From: Candidatus Eiseniibacteriota bacterium
GTDB taxonomy: Bacteria > Eisenbacteria > RBG-16-71-46 > CAZAMP01
Direction of reading: 5' to 3'
Length of the DNA stretch: 64,000 nucleotides
NCBI GenBank assembly: GCA_965224245.1
Contig: OZ245046.1
Span: 1,920,001 to 1,984,000, forward strand
Shown here: in pieces, positions 9,913-17,993 of the stretch
Numbering within the stretch: position 1 is the stretch's first letter
Layout of the letters: every line of letters begins with the position of its first letter
Notes under the pieces: model-generated
The model's input: only the letters and a program-made list of their open reading frames with translations
Told to the model about the DNA's origin: nothing
The model's database searches: none
Position numbers and translations under genes: made by a program

Positions 9913-11370
9913 GTGGCCGTCGCCTCGGTGCGTGCGAAGGCACGTGCGCTCAGCGTCAACGACTTTCATCTCTTCACCGAGGACGCTCATTCGCACGTGC
10001 TCGTCGTGCCCACGTCCGCGCTCTTCCGGGTCGACCCCGAGGGCCGGCGCATCCTCTCCGCGCTGGCCGACCAGCGTCGAGCCCCGTTCGATCTGGACGC
10101 CTTCCTCGCCCATCCGTCGGTGGACGTGCCGTCCGCGGATGCCGACGCGCTCGTGGAGTCCCTGATCGCCATGGGCGTCCTGACGCACCCCGAGGCCCGC
10201 GGCTCCGACCCCGGCATCCTGAAGGACGACCTCCTGCGTTTCACGACGCCGCCGGTGGGCTCGGTCACGGCGCTGGTGTCGAAGGACTGCAATCTCAAGT
10301 GCGGCTACTGCTACGCCGACCAGGGCCGCTTCGGCCAGTCCGAGGGCGGCGAGATGGACTTCGAGACCGCCAAACGGTTCATGGACATCCTCATCGCCGA
10401 GTCCGGAAACCTCCCCCAGATCCGATATCAGTTCCTGGGAGGCGAGCCGCTGTTGAACGCGAAGCTGATGCGCCGGATCATCGAGTACGGCCGGTCGGAG
10501 GCCGCGCGCATCGGCAAGCGCATCAGCTTCGGCATGACCACCAACGCGACGTTCCTGACGCCGGAGATCATCGGCTACTTCGTCGAGCACGACGTGACGT
10601 GCACGATCAGCATCGACGGTCCCGAGCACGTCAACGATCTGATCCGGGTCAATCACGCCGACAAGGGGTCGTACCAGCGGATCATGCGCGCGGTGGCGCC
10701 GCTTCTGGCGGTGCAGGAGACGCGCGCGCGGGTCACGGTCACCAAGCACTGCCTCGACATGGAGATGATCGTGGATCACCTCCTCGGCGAGGGGTTCAGC
10801 GAGGTCGGCCTGACCCCGGTCAACTCGACCGATCGGCGCTACGCGCTCGACGACGCCGATCGCGAGCGGCTGCTCGACGAGTTCCGCCGGCTGACACGCC
10901 GCTACGTGCGAGAGGCCCGGGAGGGCCGCCGGTTCGGGTTCGCGAACCTCAACGAGCTCCTCAAGCAGATCCACGAGGGACGGAGCCAGACACACCCGTG
11001 CGGCGCCGGCATCAGCATGTTCGCGACCGATGCGAACGGCACGATCTACCCGTGCCACCGCTTTCCGGGCCGCGAGGAGTACGCGATGGGCCACGTCGAC
11101 AGGGGCGTGGATCGCGAGAAGCAGGCCGCCTGGCTGGCGCAGGTCCACGTCCACAACCGGTCGGCCTGCAAGAGCTGCTGGGCGCGCTACATCTGCTCGG
11201 GAGGCTGCTACTACCTCTCGGCGATCGAATACGGAGACGTGTCGCAGACGTTCACACCGATATGTGATCATCTGCGCCAGTGGTATCAGATGGGTTTGGC
11301 TGCGTACGCCGACATCGTCGAGACCTGCCCGGAGCATCTGTCCCGGATGGGTCTCGCGTTGGAAGCCTGA
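9913..11370 (+). CDS. qhpD: Radical SAM/SPASM peptide maturase, QhpD-like thioether-forming enzyme
   Basis: CNLKCGYC; FLGGEPLLN; SPASM PCGAG...IYPCHRF...CKSCWARYICSGGCY; N-terminal RRE-like region; GTG 9913 follows AGGAG (ATG 9874 is an alternative start). Confidence 0.88.
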   Translation: MAVASVRAKARALSVNDFHLFTEDAHSHVLVVPTSALFRVDPEGRRILSALADQRRAPFDLDAFLAHPSVDVPSADADALVESLIAMGVLTHPEARGSDPGILKDDLLRFTTPPVGSVTALVSKDCNLKCGYCYADQGRFGQSEGGEMDFETAKRFMDILIAESGNLPQIRYQFLGGEPLLNAKLMRRIIEYGRSEAARIGKRISFGMTTNATFLTPEIIGYFVEHDVTCTISIDGPEHVNDLIRVNHADKGSYQRIMRAVAPLLAVQETRARVTVTKHCLDMEMIVDHLLGEGFSEVGLTPVNSTDRRYALDDADRERLLDEFRRLTRRYVREAREGRRFGFANLNELLKQIHEGRSQTHPCGAGISMFATDANGTIYPCHRFPGREEYAMGHVDRGVDREKQAAWLAQVHVHNRSACKSCWARYICSGGCYYLSAIEYGDVSQTFTPICDHLRQWYQMGLAAYADIVETCPEHLSRMGLALEA

Positions 11371-11402
11371 CACCGCGAGCACGCGGGCGCGAAGGGGGAC
11401 GC

Positions 11403-11696
11403 TTGAAGCATTTCAAACCGATCAACAAGAAGAGCCGCGAGGCGGTCGCCGAGGGCGCGCCGGATGCGTTCGGCCACGCATGTGCCGCATGTTGCGCGTC
11501 GTTCGCTCCGGGATGGGAGGTCGGCCCGGCCGGCGACCTCGATCCGTGCCCGTGGCAGAACGACCTGCATCTCTGCTGGGTCACGTGCTTCTGGAACTAC
11601 CAGATTCCCGACGACTCGGCGTACTCGTCCTGGATGGACAGCTGCGGCAGCGTGGCCGTGGACTGGACGACGCTCTGCGTGGTGCCGGACGTCTAG
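11403..11696 (+). CDS. qhpC: QhpC-like (QHNDH gamma subunit-like) precursor peptide, 97 aa
   Basis: TTG start after AGGGGG; MKHFKPINKK leader; C-x-x-SFAPGWEV, DLHLC, CFW..Q..D, DW..L match the QhpC pattern as recalled. Confidence 0.88.
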   Translation: MKHFKPINKKSREAVAEGAPDAFGHACAACCASFAPGWEVGPAGDLDPCPWQNDLHLCWVTCFWNYQIPDDSAYSSWMDSCGSVAVDWTTLCVVPDV

Positions 11697-11825
11697 AGCC
11701 GCGCACCGGCAAAGGACCGCATCTGACGTGAACGACAACCGCAGGCTCGCGATCTTCGCGTTCGGCGCCGAGCGCGCTCCGGGGATGGCGACCACTTTCA
11801 TCGAGCCGACGGGAGGCATGATCGC

Positions 11826-12800
11826 ATGAAGCGAGTCATCCTGAGCGTTGCCGTAGCCGCCCTGGCCGTGACGTCGGCCGACGCGGCACGCGTGTACGTG
11901 ACGAGCAATCAGGTCAAGATCATCGACGACGTCGCCGGCGACGTCGTGGGCACGATCGATCTCGGGAAGTCCTACGTCCGGGACATGGTCTTCTCCGCGG
12001 ACGGGTCCACCGCGTACGTGGCCCACACCCGCGGCGTGGCGGTCGTGGACGTCGCGACGTCGGCCGTGACCGCCAACTGGTCGGACTGGACCGTGAGCGA
12101 CCTCGCGCTGGACGACGCCGGCGGGACGCTGAGCACGCTCGAGCACAAGGCGGGCTCGGGGTACCGCGTCGTCACGTACGACGTGTCGACCGGCGACACC
12201 GTCCGGAGCTACGCCGTCGACAACAAGGCGCTCGACCTGACCGCGCCACCGGCCGGCGGACGCGTGTTCACGACGAACCTGCACCGCGGCGTGGTCACGA
12301 GCTACGACCGGCTGACCGGAGAGGCCGGGTCCACGCTCGACGTCGCGCCCTCGGCCACGCCGGACGAGCTCGGGACGTACATCATCAAGTCGCTGATCTC
12401 CCCCGACGGCGGCACGATCTACGTCGTGCTCAACGGCGAGCGGGCCGGCATCACGACGATCTCGGCGACCACCGGCGAGACGACCGGTCAGATCCTCCTC
12501 GGGCACCCCGCGTACGTTCGCGACGCCGTCCTGTCCCCCGACGGCACGCGCATGTACATCTCGGCGCTCGACCACCTGTCGGTGGTGGATCTCGGGACGG
12601 GCACCGAGCTGGCGTGGGTCGACCTCGAGGTCACGCACCAGGGCATCGCGGTGTCGCCCGACGGCTCCCGCGTGTACCTCGTGAACCCGGTCTACGACAC
12701 CAGCGGCAGCCTGGCCGTCGTCGACGCGCGGACGTTCGAGCTGGTGAAGCGCATCTCGGTGCCCGACATCAGCCCGTATCGCGTCGCGATCGTTCCGTAA
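11826..12800 (+). CDS. Secreted YVTN-type beta-propeller, QhpB-like by position
   Basis: GGAGG SD, signal peptide ending ADA, repeated SPDG..YV blades. Confidence 0.8.
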   Translation: MKRVILSVAVAALAVTSADAARVYVTSNQVKIIDDVAGDVVGTIDLGKSYVRDMVFSADGSTAYVAHTRGVAVVDVATSAVTANWSDWTVSDLALDDAGGTLSTLEHKAGSGYRVVTYDVSTGDTVRSYAVDNKALDLTAPPAGGRVFTTNLHRGVVTSYDRLTGEAGSTLDVAPSATPDELGTYIIKSLISPDGGTIYVVLNGERAGITTISATTGETTGQILLGHPAYVRDAVLSPDGTRMYISALDHLSVVDLGTGTELAWVDLEVTHQGIAVSPDGSRVYLVNPVYDTSGSLAVVDARTFELVKRISVPDISPYRVAIVP

Positions 12801-12841
12801 CGAGGAGCGGCGCGGCGACGCGCGCGCTCGAGGCCATCGTC

Positions 12842-13852
12842 ATGGTCGTTGTCGTCAGCATCCTGGCCGCCCTCATCGCCGTCTGGCCGGCGAGGGCGGT
12901 CGATTTCTTTGCCGCGGGCGACGCGCTGTACGGCGTGGATCCCGTCGGCGCGTCCATCCTGTGTCGGTCCGAGCCGCTCCCGGCCACGGCCAGCGACGTC
13001 GAGGTCGACCCCCACGGGCGCTACGTGGCCGTGACCACCGCCGCGGGGCTCACACTCCACGACCTCGAGTGCGCGCCGATCGGCGTCCTCGAGCTGGGCG
13101 TTCTGGACTGCGTCGAGCTGTCCCCGGACGGCGAGACGATCTACGTCCTCGTGCACCCGGCCGCCCGCCGGCGCGACGTCGGCGGACAGCACCGGCTCCT
13201 GGCCATCCCCTTCGCCGAGCCGCGCGAGCCGGTGGAGGTGTGCCGGGTGGGCGCACTCAGCTACGACATGTTTCTCTCGACCGACGGGTCCACCCTCGTG
13301 ATCACGAACAACATCGGACGGGACGTGGACGTGGTCGACGTGGCCTCGGGCAGCGTACGAACCCTTACCATCGCCGCCGGGGCCGAGCCCGAGAACGAGC
13401 TGGCCGTTCTCAGGGCGGGGCTCTGGGATGGTGCACGCTTCCGCCTGGGCGAGAGCGCGCGCACGCGAAAGCTGATTCTCTGGGACATCGACGTCGCCTC
13501 GGGAACGATGACGAAGGCCGAGCAGCCCTGGCGGATGCATGCCCTCGGGCTGGAGCGGGTAGGTGACGTGCTGGTCGTGAACGGTCTGGACCGGATCGCC
13601 TGGGGCCCGTGGTCCTCGTCCGGACTCGACGAAGAGCGCGACGTGCTCCGGGACGTCACCGGCATCGCCGCGTTCTCGAGGGACGGGTCGTCTCCCGAGG
13701 CATACCTGATCGCGCCCGCCGCGGACGGCTCACACCTCATGCGGCTCCGCGGCGGCACCGTGGAGGAGGTGCTGACGCTCCCCGGCAAGGTCACCACACT
13801 GGTGAGCGCCCCGGGCGCGACGTCCCCCGCCGCGACGCCGGTCGAGCCGTGA
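12842..13852 (+). CDS. Second secreted beta-propeller protein
   Basis: Signal-like N-terminus ending PARA; DPHGRYVAV, SPDGETIYV, STDGSTLVI blades. Confidence 0.7.
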   Translation: MVVVVSILAALIAVWPARAVDFFAAGDALYGVDPVGASILCRSEPLPATASDVEVDPHGRYVAVTTAAGLTLHDLECAPIGVLELGVLDCVELSPDGETIYVLVHPAARRRDVGGQHRLLAIPFAEPREPVEVCRVGALSYDMFLSTDGSTLVITNNIGRDVDVVDVASGSVRTLTIAAGAEPENELAVLRAGLWDGARFRLGESARTRKLILWDIDVASGTMTKAEQPWRMHALGLERVGDVLVVNGLDRIAWGPWSSSGLDEERDVLRDVTGIAAFSRDGSSPEAYLIAPAADGSHLMRLRGGTVEEVLTLPGKVTTLVSAPGATSPAATPVEP

Positions 13853-15606
13853 CCCCGCCTCCTCCGACGCGAGGGGAGCTCCGCTGGCTGTTCGATCGCG
13901 TCCGGCGCTACCGCGGTCGGCTCGCGATCCTGATCGGCCTGTTCGCCGTCGGCGCGGCCCTCGGGCTCGTGTACCCCCTGGTGCTCCGGTTCCTGATCGA
14001 TCGCGTGTTCACCGACCGGGACGGCCGCCACCTCCTGCCCGCGCTGGGCGTGCTCCTGCTGCTGTCGCTGGTGCAGGTCGTGGTGACCCAGGTCAGCACC
14101 TACCGGTACACGCAGCTGGCCGGCCGCGTCGTCCTGGATCTCCGGATGCTGCTCTTCCGGCACCTCGAACGTGTTCCGCTCGAGTTCCATGCCGAGCGCC
14201 GCGCGGGTGACATCGCCTCGCGCATCGGGGGCGACATCGCCGAGGTGCAGCAGGCCGCCACCGGCTCGGTGATGGCGCTCGTGACGTCGGTCCTGACGCT
14301 CCTGGCCACCGTGGGCGTGCTCGTGTATCTCGACCCGGTGCTGTTTGCGCTGTCGCTAGCGCTCGTCCCGTTCTCGTGGCTGATCGCCCGACGGTTCGCC
14401 GATCCCGTCCAGGACGCGTCCCGAGAGATCCGCGAGGCGAGCGCCGATCTGGGCTCGACGCTCCTCGACTCGATCGTCGGCCAGCACTTCATCCGGGCGC
14501 ACGGGCTCGAGACCGGCGCCGCCCGGCGGTTCTTCGGAGACGGACGCGAGATCTTCCGCTCTGTCCTCCGCGTCACGCGGCTGAACTGCTGGTCGAGCGG
14601 CCTGAGCAGCGTGCTCTCGACGGTCACCACGCTCTTCGTGCTCGGCATCGGCGGCTGGCGCGTCATCCGGGGCGACATCACGCTGGGGACGCTCCTGGCG
14701 TTCCAGATGTACGTCACCGGACTACACGGACCGATCCGGGGGTTCGTGTCGCTGTACCTCCGTCTCCAGCGCTCGGCCGTCTCCATCCGTCGCATCCGCG
14801 AGATCCTGGAGGTCCCGAGGCTCTCGCGGGGCGGATCGCGCGACGCCGACGACATCGCCGGCCACGTCACGTTCGAGCACGTCTCGTTCGCGTACGAGCC
14901 GGGAGCCGACGTGCTCACCGACGTCTCGTTCACCGTCGCGCCCGGCGAGCGCCTGGCCGTGGTCGGGCCGTCGGGCATCGGCAAGTCCACGCTCCTGGAT
15001 CTCGCGATCGGACTGCGCGTGCCCACCGCGGGACGCGTCCTCCTGGACGGCGTGCCGGTCGACGACTACCGACCCGACGCGCTTCGACGCCGGGTCGGCG
15101 TGGTCTCGCAGGACGTCTTCATGTTTCACGCCTCGATCGGCGAGAACCTCCGCCTGGTGGACCGCACGCTGACCGACGACGCGATCTGGGACGCGCTCGC
15201 GGCGGTCGAGCTGGCCGACTGGGTGCGAACGCTGCCCGAGAGTCTCGACACGTCGGTGGGCGAGCGGGCGCTCCGGCTCTCCGGTGGCCAGCGGCAACGG
15301 CTGGCGATGGCGCGCGCGCTCCTGCGTCGCCCCCGGGTGTTGATTCTCGACGAGGCCACGAGCGCGCTCGACGAGGTGACCGACGCGCTGATCCAGCGCG
15401 CGCTGGAGCCCGCCCTGGCGTCGGCGGCCACGATCGTGGCCAGCCACCGGAGATCGGTCATCGAGGCGGCCGATCGGGCGATCCTCCTCCACCAGGGACG
15501 CATCCACGCCACCGGCTCCCCGACCGACGTCCTGGCCCGGCTGGCACCGCGCGGCGGGCCGCCCCACGCCCCGTCGGCGCCGACGCGGACCCCGCTCACG
15601 CCATGA
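13849..15606 (+). CDS. ABC exporter (fused TMD + NBD), QhpF-like by position
   Basis: TM region, GPSGIGKST, LSGGQRQR, ILDEATSALD; GTG start overlaps upstream stop. Confidence 0.9.
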   Translation: MTPPPPTRGELRWLFDRVRRYRGRLAILIGLFAVGAALGLVYPLVLRFLIDRVFTDRDGRHLLPALGVLLLLSLVQVVVTQVSTYRYTQLAGRVVLDLRMLLFRHLERVPLEFHAERRAGDIASRIGGDIAEVQQAATGSVMALVTSVLTLLATVGVLVYLDPVLFALSLALVPFSWLIARRFADPVQDASREIREASADLGSTLLDSIVGQHFIRAHGLETGAARRFFGDGREIFRSVLRVTRLNCWSSGLSSVLSTVTTLFVLGIGGWRVIRGDITLGTLLAFQMYVTGLHGPIRGFVSLYLRLQRSAVSIRRIREILEVPRLSRGGSRDADDIAGHVTFEHVSFAYEPGADVLTDVSFTVAPGERLAVVGPSGIGKSTLLDLAIGLRVPTAGRVLLDGVPVDDYRPDALRRRVGVVSQDVFMFHASIGENLRLVDRTLTDDAIWDALAAVELADWVRTLPESLDTSVGERALRLSGGQRQRLAMARALLRRPRVLILDEATSALDEVTDALIQRALEPALASAATIVASHRRSVIEAADRAILLHQGRIHATGSPTDVLARLAPRGGPPHAPSAPTRTPLTP

Positions 15607-16331
15607 TCGACCTTCGTGCCTCGCGCGGCTCTGGCATCCGCGTCGCCATCGTCGATTCCGGCGTCGTGGATCGGCACCCACACGTGGGCCCGGTCGCCGC
15701 GGGGTTCGGCGTCGACCCGACGCCCGACGGCCCGCGTCTCAGCGAGCGCTTCGACGACGTGGCCGGGCACGGTACCGCGTGTGCGGGAGTCGTGCGCTGG
15801 GGCGCCCCCGACGCCGCGATCGTAGCCGCGCGCGTGCTCGACGCACGCCTGACCGCGCGCGCCGACGCGCTGGAGCTCGCGCTCGACGCGCTCGTGGCGA
15901 GGCGGGTCGCCATCGTCAATCTCTCGCTGGGTGTCCCCGACCAGGAGGCGCGGGCGCGCCTGGCCCCCGTCACCGATCGCCTGACCGACGCCGGCGTGCT
16001 GATCGTCTCGGCGGTGCGTCCCGACGGTCGGCCGAGCTGGCCGTCCGACGACGCGCGAGCGTTCGACGTTGCCGCCGACCCCTCCCTCTCCCGCTGGCAG
16101 TATCGGGCCGGTGGACCCGGCGAGGCCACGTTCGTCGCCGCACCCACTCCTCGCCCCATTCCCGGCCGGCCGGAGACGGGCAACTACTCGGGCACGAGCT
16201 TCGCCGCGCCCCGGATCGCCGCGCTGCTCGCACGCGCGCTGGCGATCGACCCCACGTTGACGCGTGATACGCTGATCGACGTCCTGATCGCCAACGCACC
16301 GCACTTCGATCACACGAGGGCCTCGTCATGA
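15603..16331 (+). CDS. Short cytoplasmic subtilisin-like S8 protease, QhpE-like leader peptidase
   Basis: VAIVDSG, GHGTACAG, NLSLG, SGTSFAAP triad; 242 aa, no signal peptide; ATGA coupling. Confidence 0.88.
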   Translation: MIDLRASRGSGIRVAIVDSGVVDRHPHVGPVAAGFGVDPTPDGPRLSERFDDVAGHGTACAGVVRWGAPDAAIVAARVLDARLTARADALELALDALVARRVAIVNLSLGVPDQEARARLAPVTDRLTDAGVLIVSAVRPDGRPSWPSDDARAFDVAADPSLSRWQYRAGGPGEATFVAAPTPRPIPGRPETGNYSGTSFAAPRIAALLARALAIDPTLTRDTLIDVLIANAPHFDHTRASS

Positions 16332-17917
16332 CGTCGCGAGACGGCCGCGCGCGCAGGCTGCGCATCGGCTTCTTCCAGTACGAGCTCTCGCACCCGAACA
16401 ACGCCCCCCACGTGGGCATGTGCCTGCTCCTGGCCGACCTGCGTCGCGCGGGACACGAGGTCGACGCCGCCCTAGTGCACGCGCAGGCCGTCGACCTCTT
16501 GATCGATGCCATCCGCGATCGCGCGTACGACTTCGTCGCGTTCGACGCGATCTTCACCGTGCCGGTCCTCGACCGGGTGAAGGCCGCGTGCCCGGACGTC
16601 CCCATCCTGGTCGGCGGGAACAATGCGCTGGCGCTGATGCTGCTCTCGCGCGCGGACTTCGCGATCGTCGGCCCCGCGCGTTCGGCGATGCTCCGGTTCG
16701 TCGAGGGCGTCGCGTCGGAGACCCTCCCGGCCGGCGTACCGAACCTGTTCGTCCGCCTTCCGGACGGCCGCGTGGACCACTCCGGCGTTCACGCCGACTG
16801 GGCCGTGCACGGGGAGCTGGCCGACTACGCGCCCGATCTGGACTGGGGGTATCTGGGTCCGTCCCGCGCGCCCGGATCCAACACCCGCTTCGCGAGCGTC
16901 GTCCCCGAGTGGGGCTGCGCGTTCCAGAACGACTCGCTGACGGGACCGGCGTTCGATGCGCTGGAGCGGGGCGGCGTCAGCGACGTCGTGTCGTCTCTAC
17001 CCCTGACCGACGCGGCGCGGCGGGCCGTGCAGCCCTACGCCTCCAACACGCGCGGATGCTCGTTCTGCGCGTTTCGGTACCAGCCGTACACGATCGATCG
17101 GGTCACGACCACCATCTCGCGCGTGATCGATCAGATGACGTTTCTGTCCACGCGATACGGCGTGACCGAGTTCTCCATCCAGAGCGAGAACCCGTTTCGC
17201 TTCCTCGAGCCGCTGATCACGGCGCTCTCGGAATCCACGCTCAGGGTGGACAAGCTCCTGATCCGCACGTTCCCGGCCATCCTCGCCCGCAACGCGGACG
17301 TGGTCCGCCAGGCCCTCTCGCATGCGCTCGACCGGGGCATCCGAGTTCGCCTGCAGCAGCTCGGGTTCGAGAACTTCTCGCAGCCCGAGCTGGATCGGCT
17401 GGGCAAGGGCATCTCGGTGGAAGAGAACGTGGCCGCCGCCCGTCTCCTGACCGAGCTGTCGGACGCACTCGGCGACGGCGTCGAGCTGTTCGGCGGCCAC
17501 GGGTTCATCCTGTTCACGCCGTGGACGCGTCCCTCGGACATCGTGCAGAACGTCCGCACCGTGGCGAACGACGCCCCGTTTCTCGCCGACTCCTTGACGC
17601 CCGCGTCACGGCTCTGCTTCTACGATCCCTTCAACCCGATCTTTCGGCTGGCCGAGCGCGAGGGCCTGGTCGTGCGCGTCCCGCACGACTACACCCTCGA
17701 CTTCCGGTACGCCGATCCCGACACCCGCCGGATGCTGAAGCTGGCCGCGGCGCTCGAGGGACACCTGGTCCGGCACGGAGCCGAGGCCGGCTCGTGGCTG
17801 TCGACCACGGTGCTCCGCGAGACCGCATCGCTGTTCGCGGGGTCGGACACAACCCCCCGAGATCCGGAAGCGCTCTTCCGGACGGCCGAGGCCCGCGTCA
17901 GGAGCGCCATCGCCTAG
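16328..17917 (+). CDS. Cobalamin-binding-domain radical SAM protein with split CX46CX2C motif
   Basis: N-terminal G..LLA.LRRAGHEV...ILVGG...DFAIVG; WGC...GCSFC; LGFENFS..ELDRLGKG; GFILFTPWT. Confidence 0.8.
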   Translation: MTSRDGRARRLRIGFFQYELSHPNNAPHVGMCLLLADLRRAGHEVDAALVHAQAVDLLIDAIRDRAYDFVAFDAIFTVPVLDRVKAACPDVPILVGGNNALALMLLSRADFAIVGPARSAMLRFVEGVASETLPAGVPNLFVRLPDGRVDHSGVHADWAVHGELADYAPDLDWGYLGPSRAPGSNTRFASVVPEWGCAFQNDSLTGPAFDALERGGVSDVVSSLPLTDAARRAVQPYASNTRGCSFCAFRYQPYTIDRVTTTISRVIDQMTFLSTRYGVTEFSIQSENPFRFLEPLITALSESTLRVDKLLIRTFPAILARNADVVRQALSHALDRGIRVRLQQLGFENFSQPELDRLGKGISVEENVAAARLLTELSDALGDGVELFGGHGFILFTPWTRPSDIVQNVRTVANDAPFLADSLTPASRLCFYDPFNPIFRLAEREGLVVRVPHDYTLDFRYADPDTRRMLKLAAALEGHLVRHGAEAGSWLSTTVLRETASLFAGSDTTPRDPEALFRTAEARVRSAIA

Positions 17918-17993
17918 CACCCGTGTGGATCGCACACGCCTGACCGAGCACTCGCACGACGCTACCGATCATGACGACGCCGCACGTGGACCG

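Noticed and set aside
11280-11402. N-terminal extension of the precursor ORF in the track
   Set aside because: It overlaps the rSAM gene. The RBS and QhpC-like leader point to TTG at 11403.
9913-11696. Interpretation as a SCIFF/ranthipeptide or mycofactocin cluster
   Set aside because: The peptide's leader (KH.KP.N.K) and PGWEV / C..W..Q..D core match QhpC rather than those precursors.
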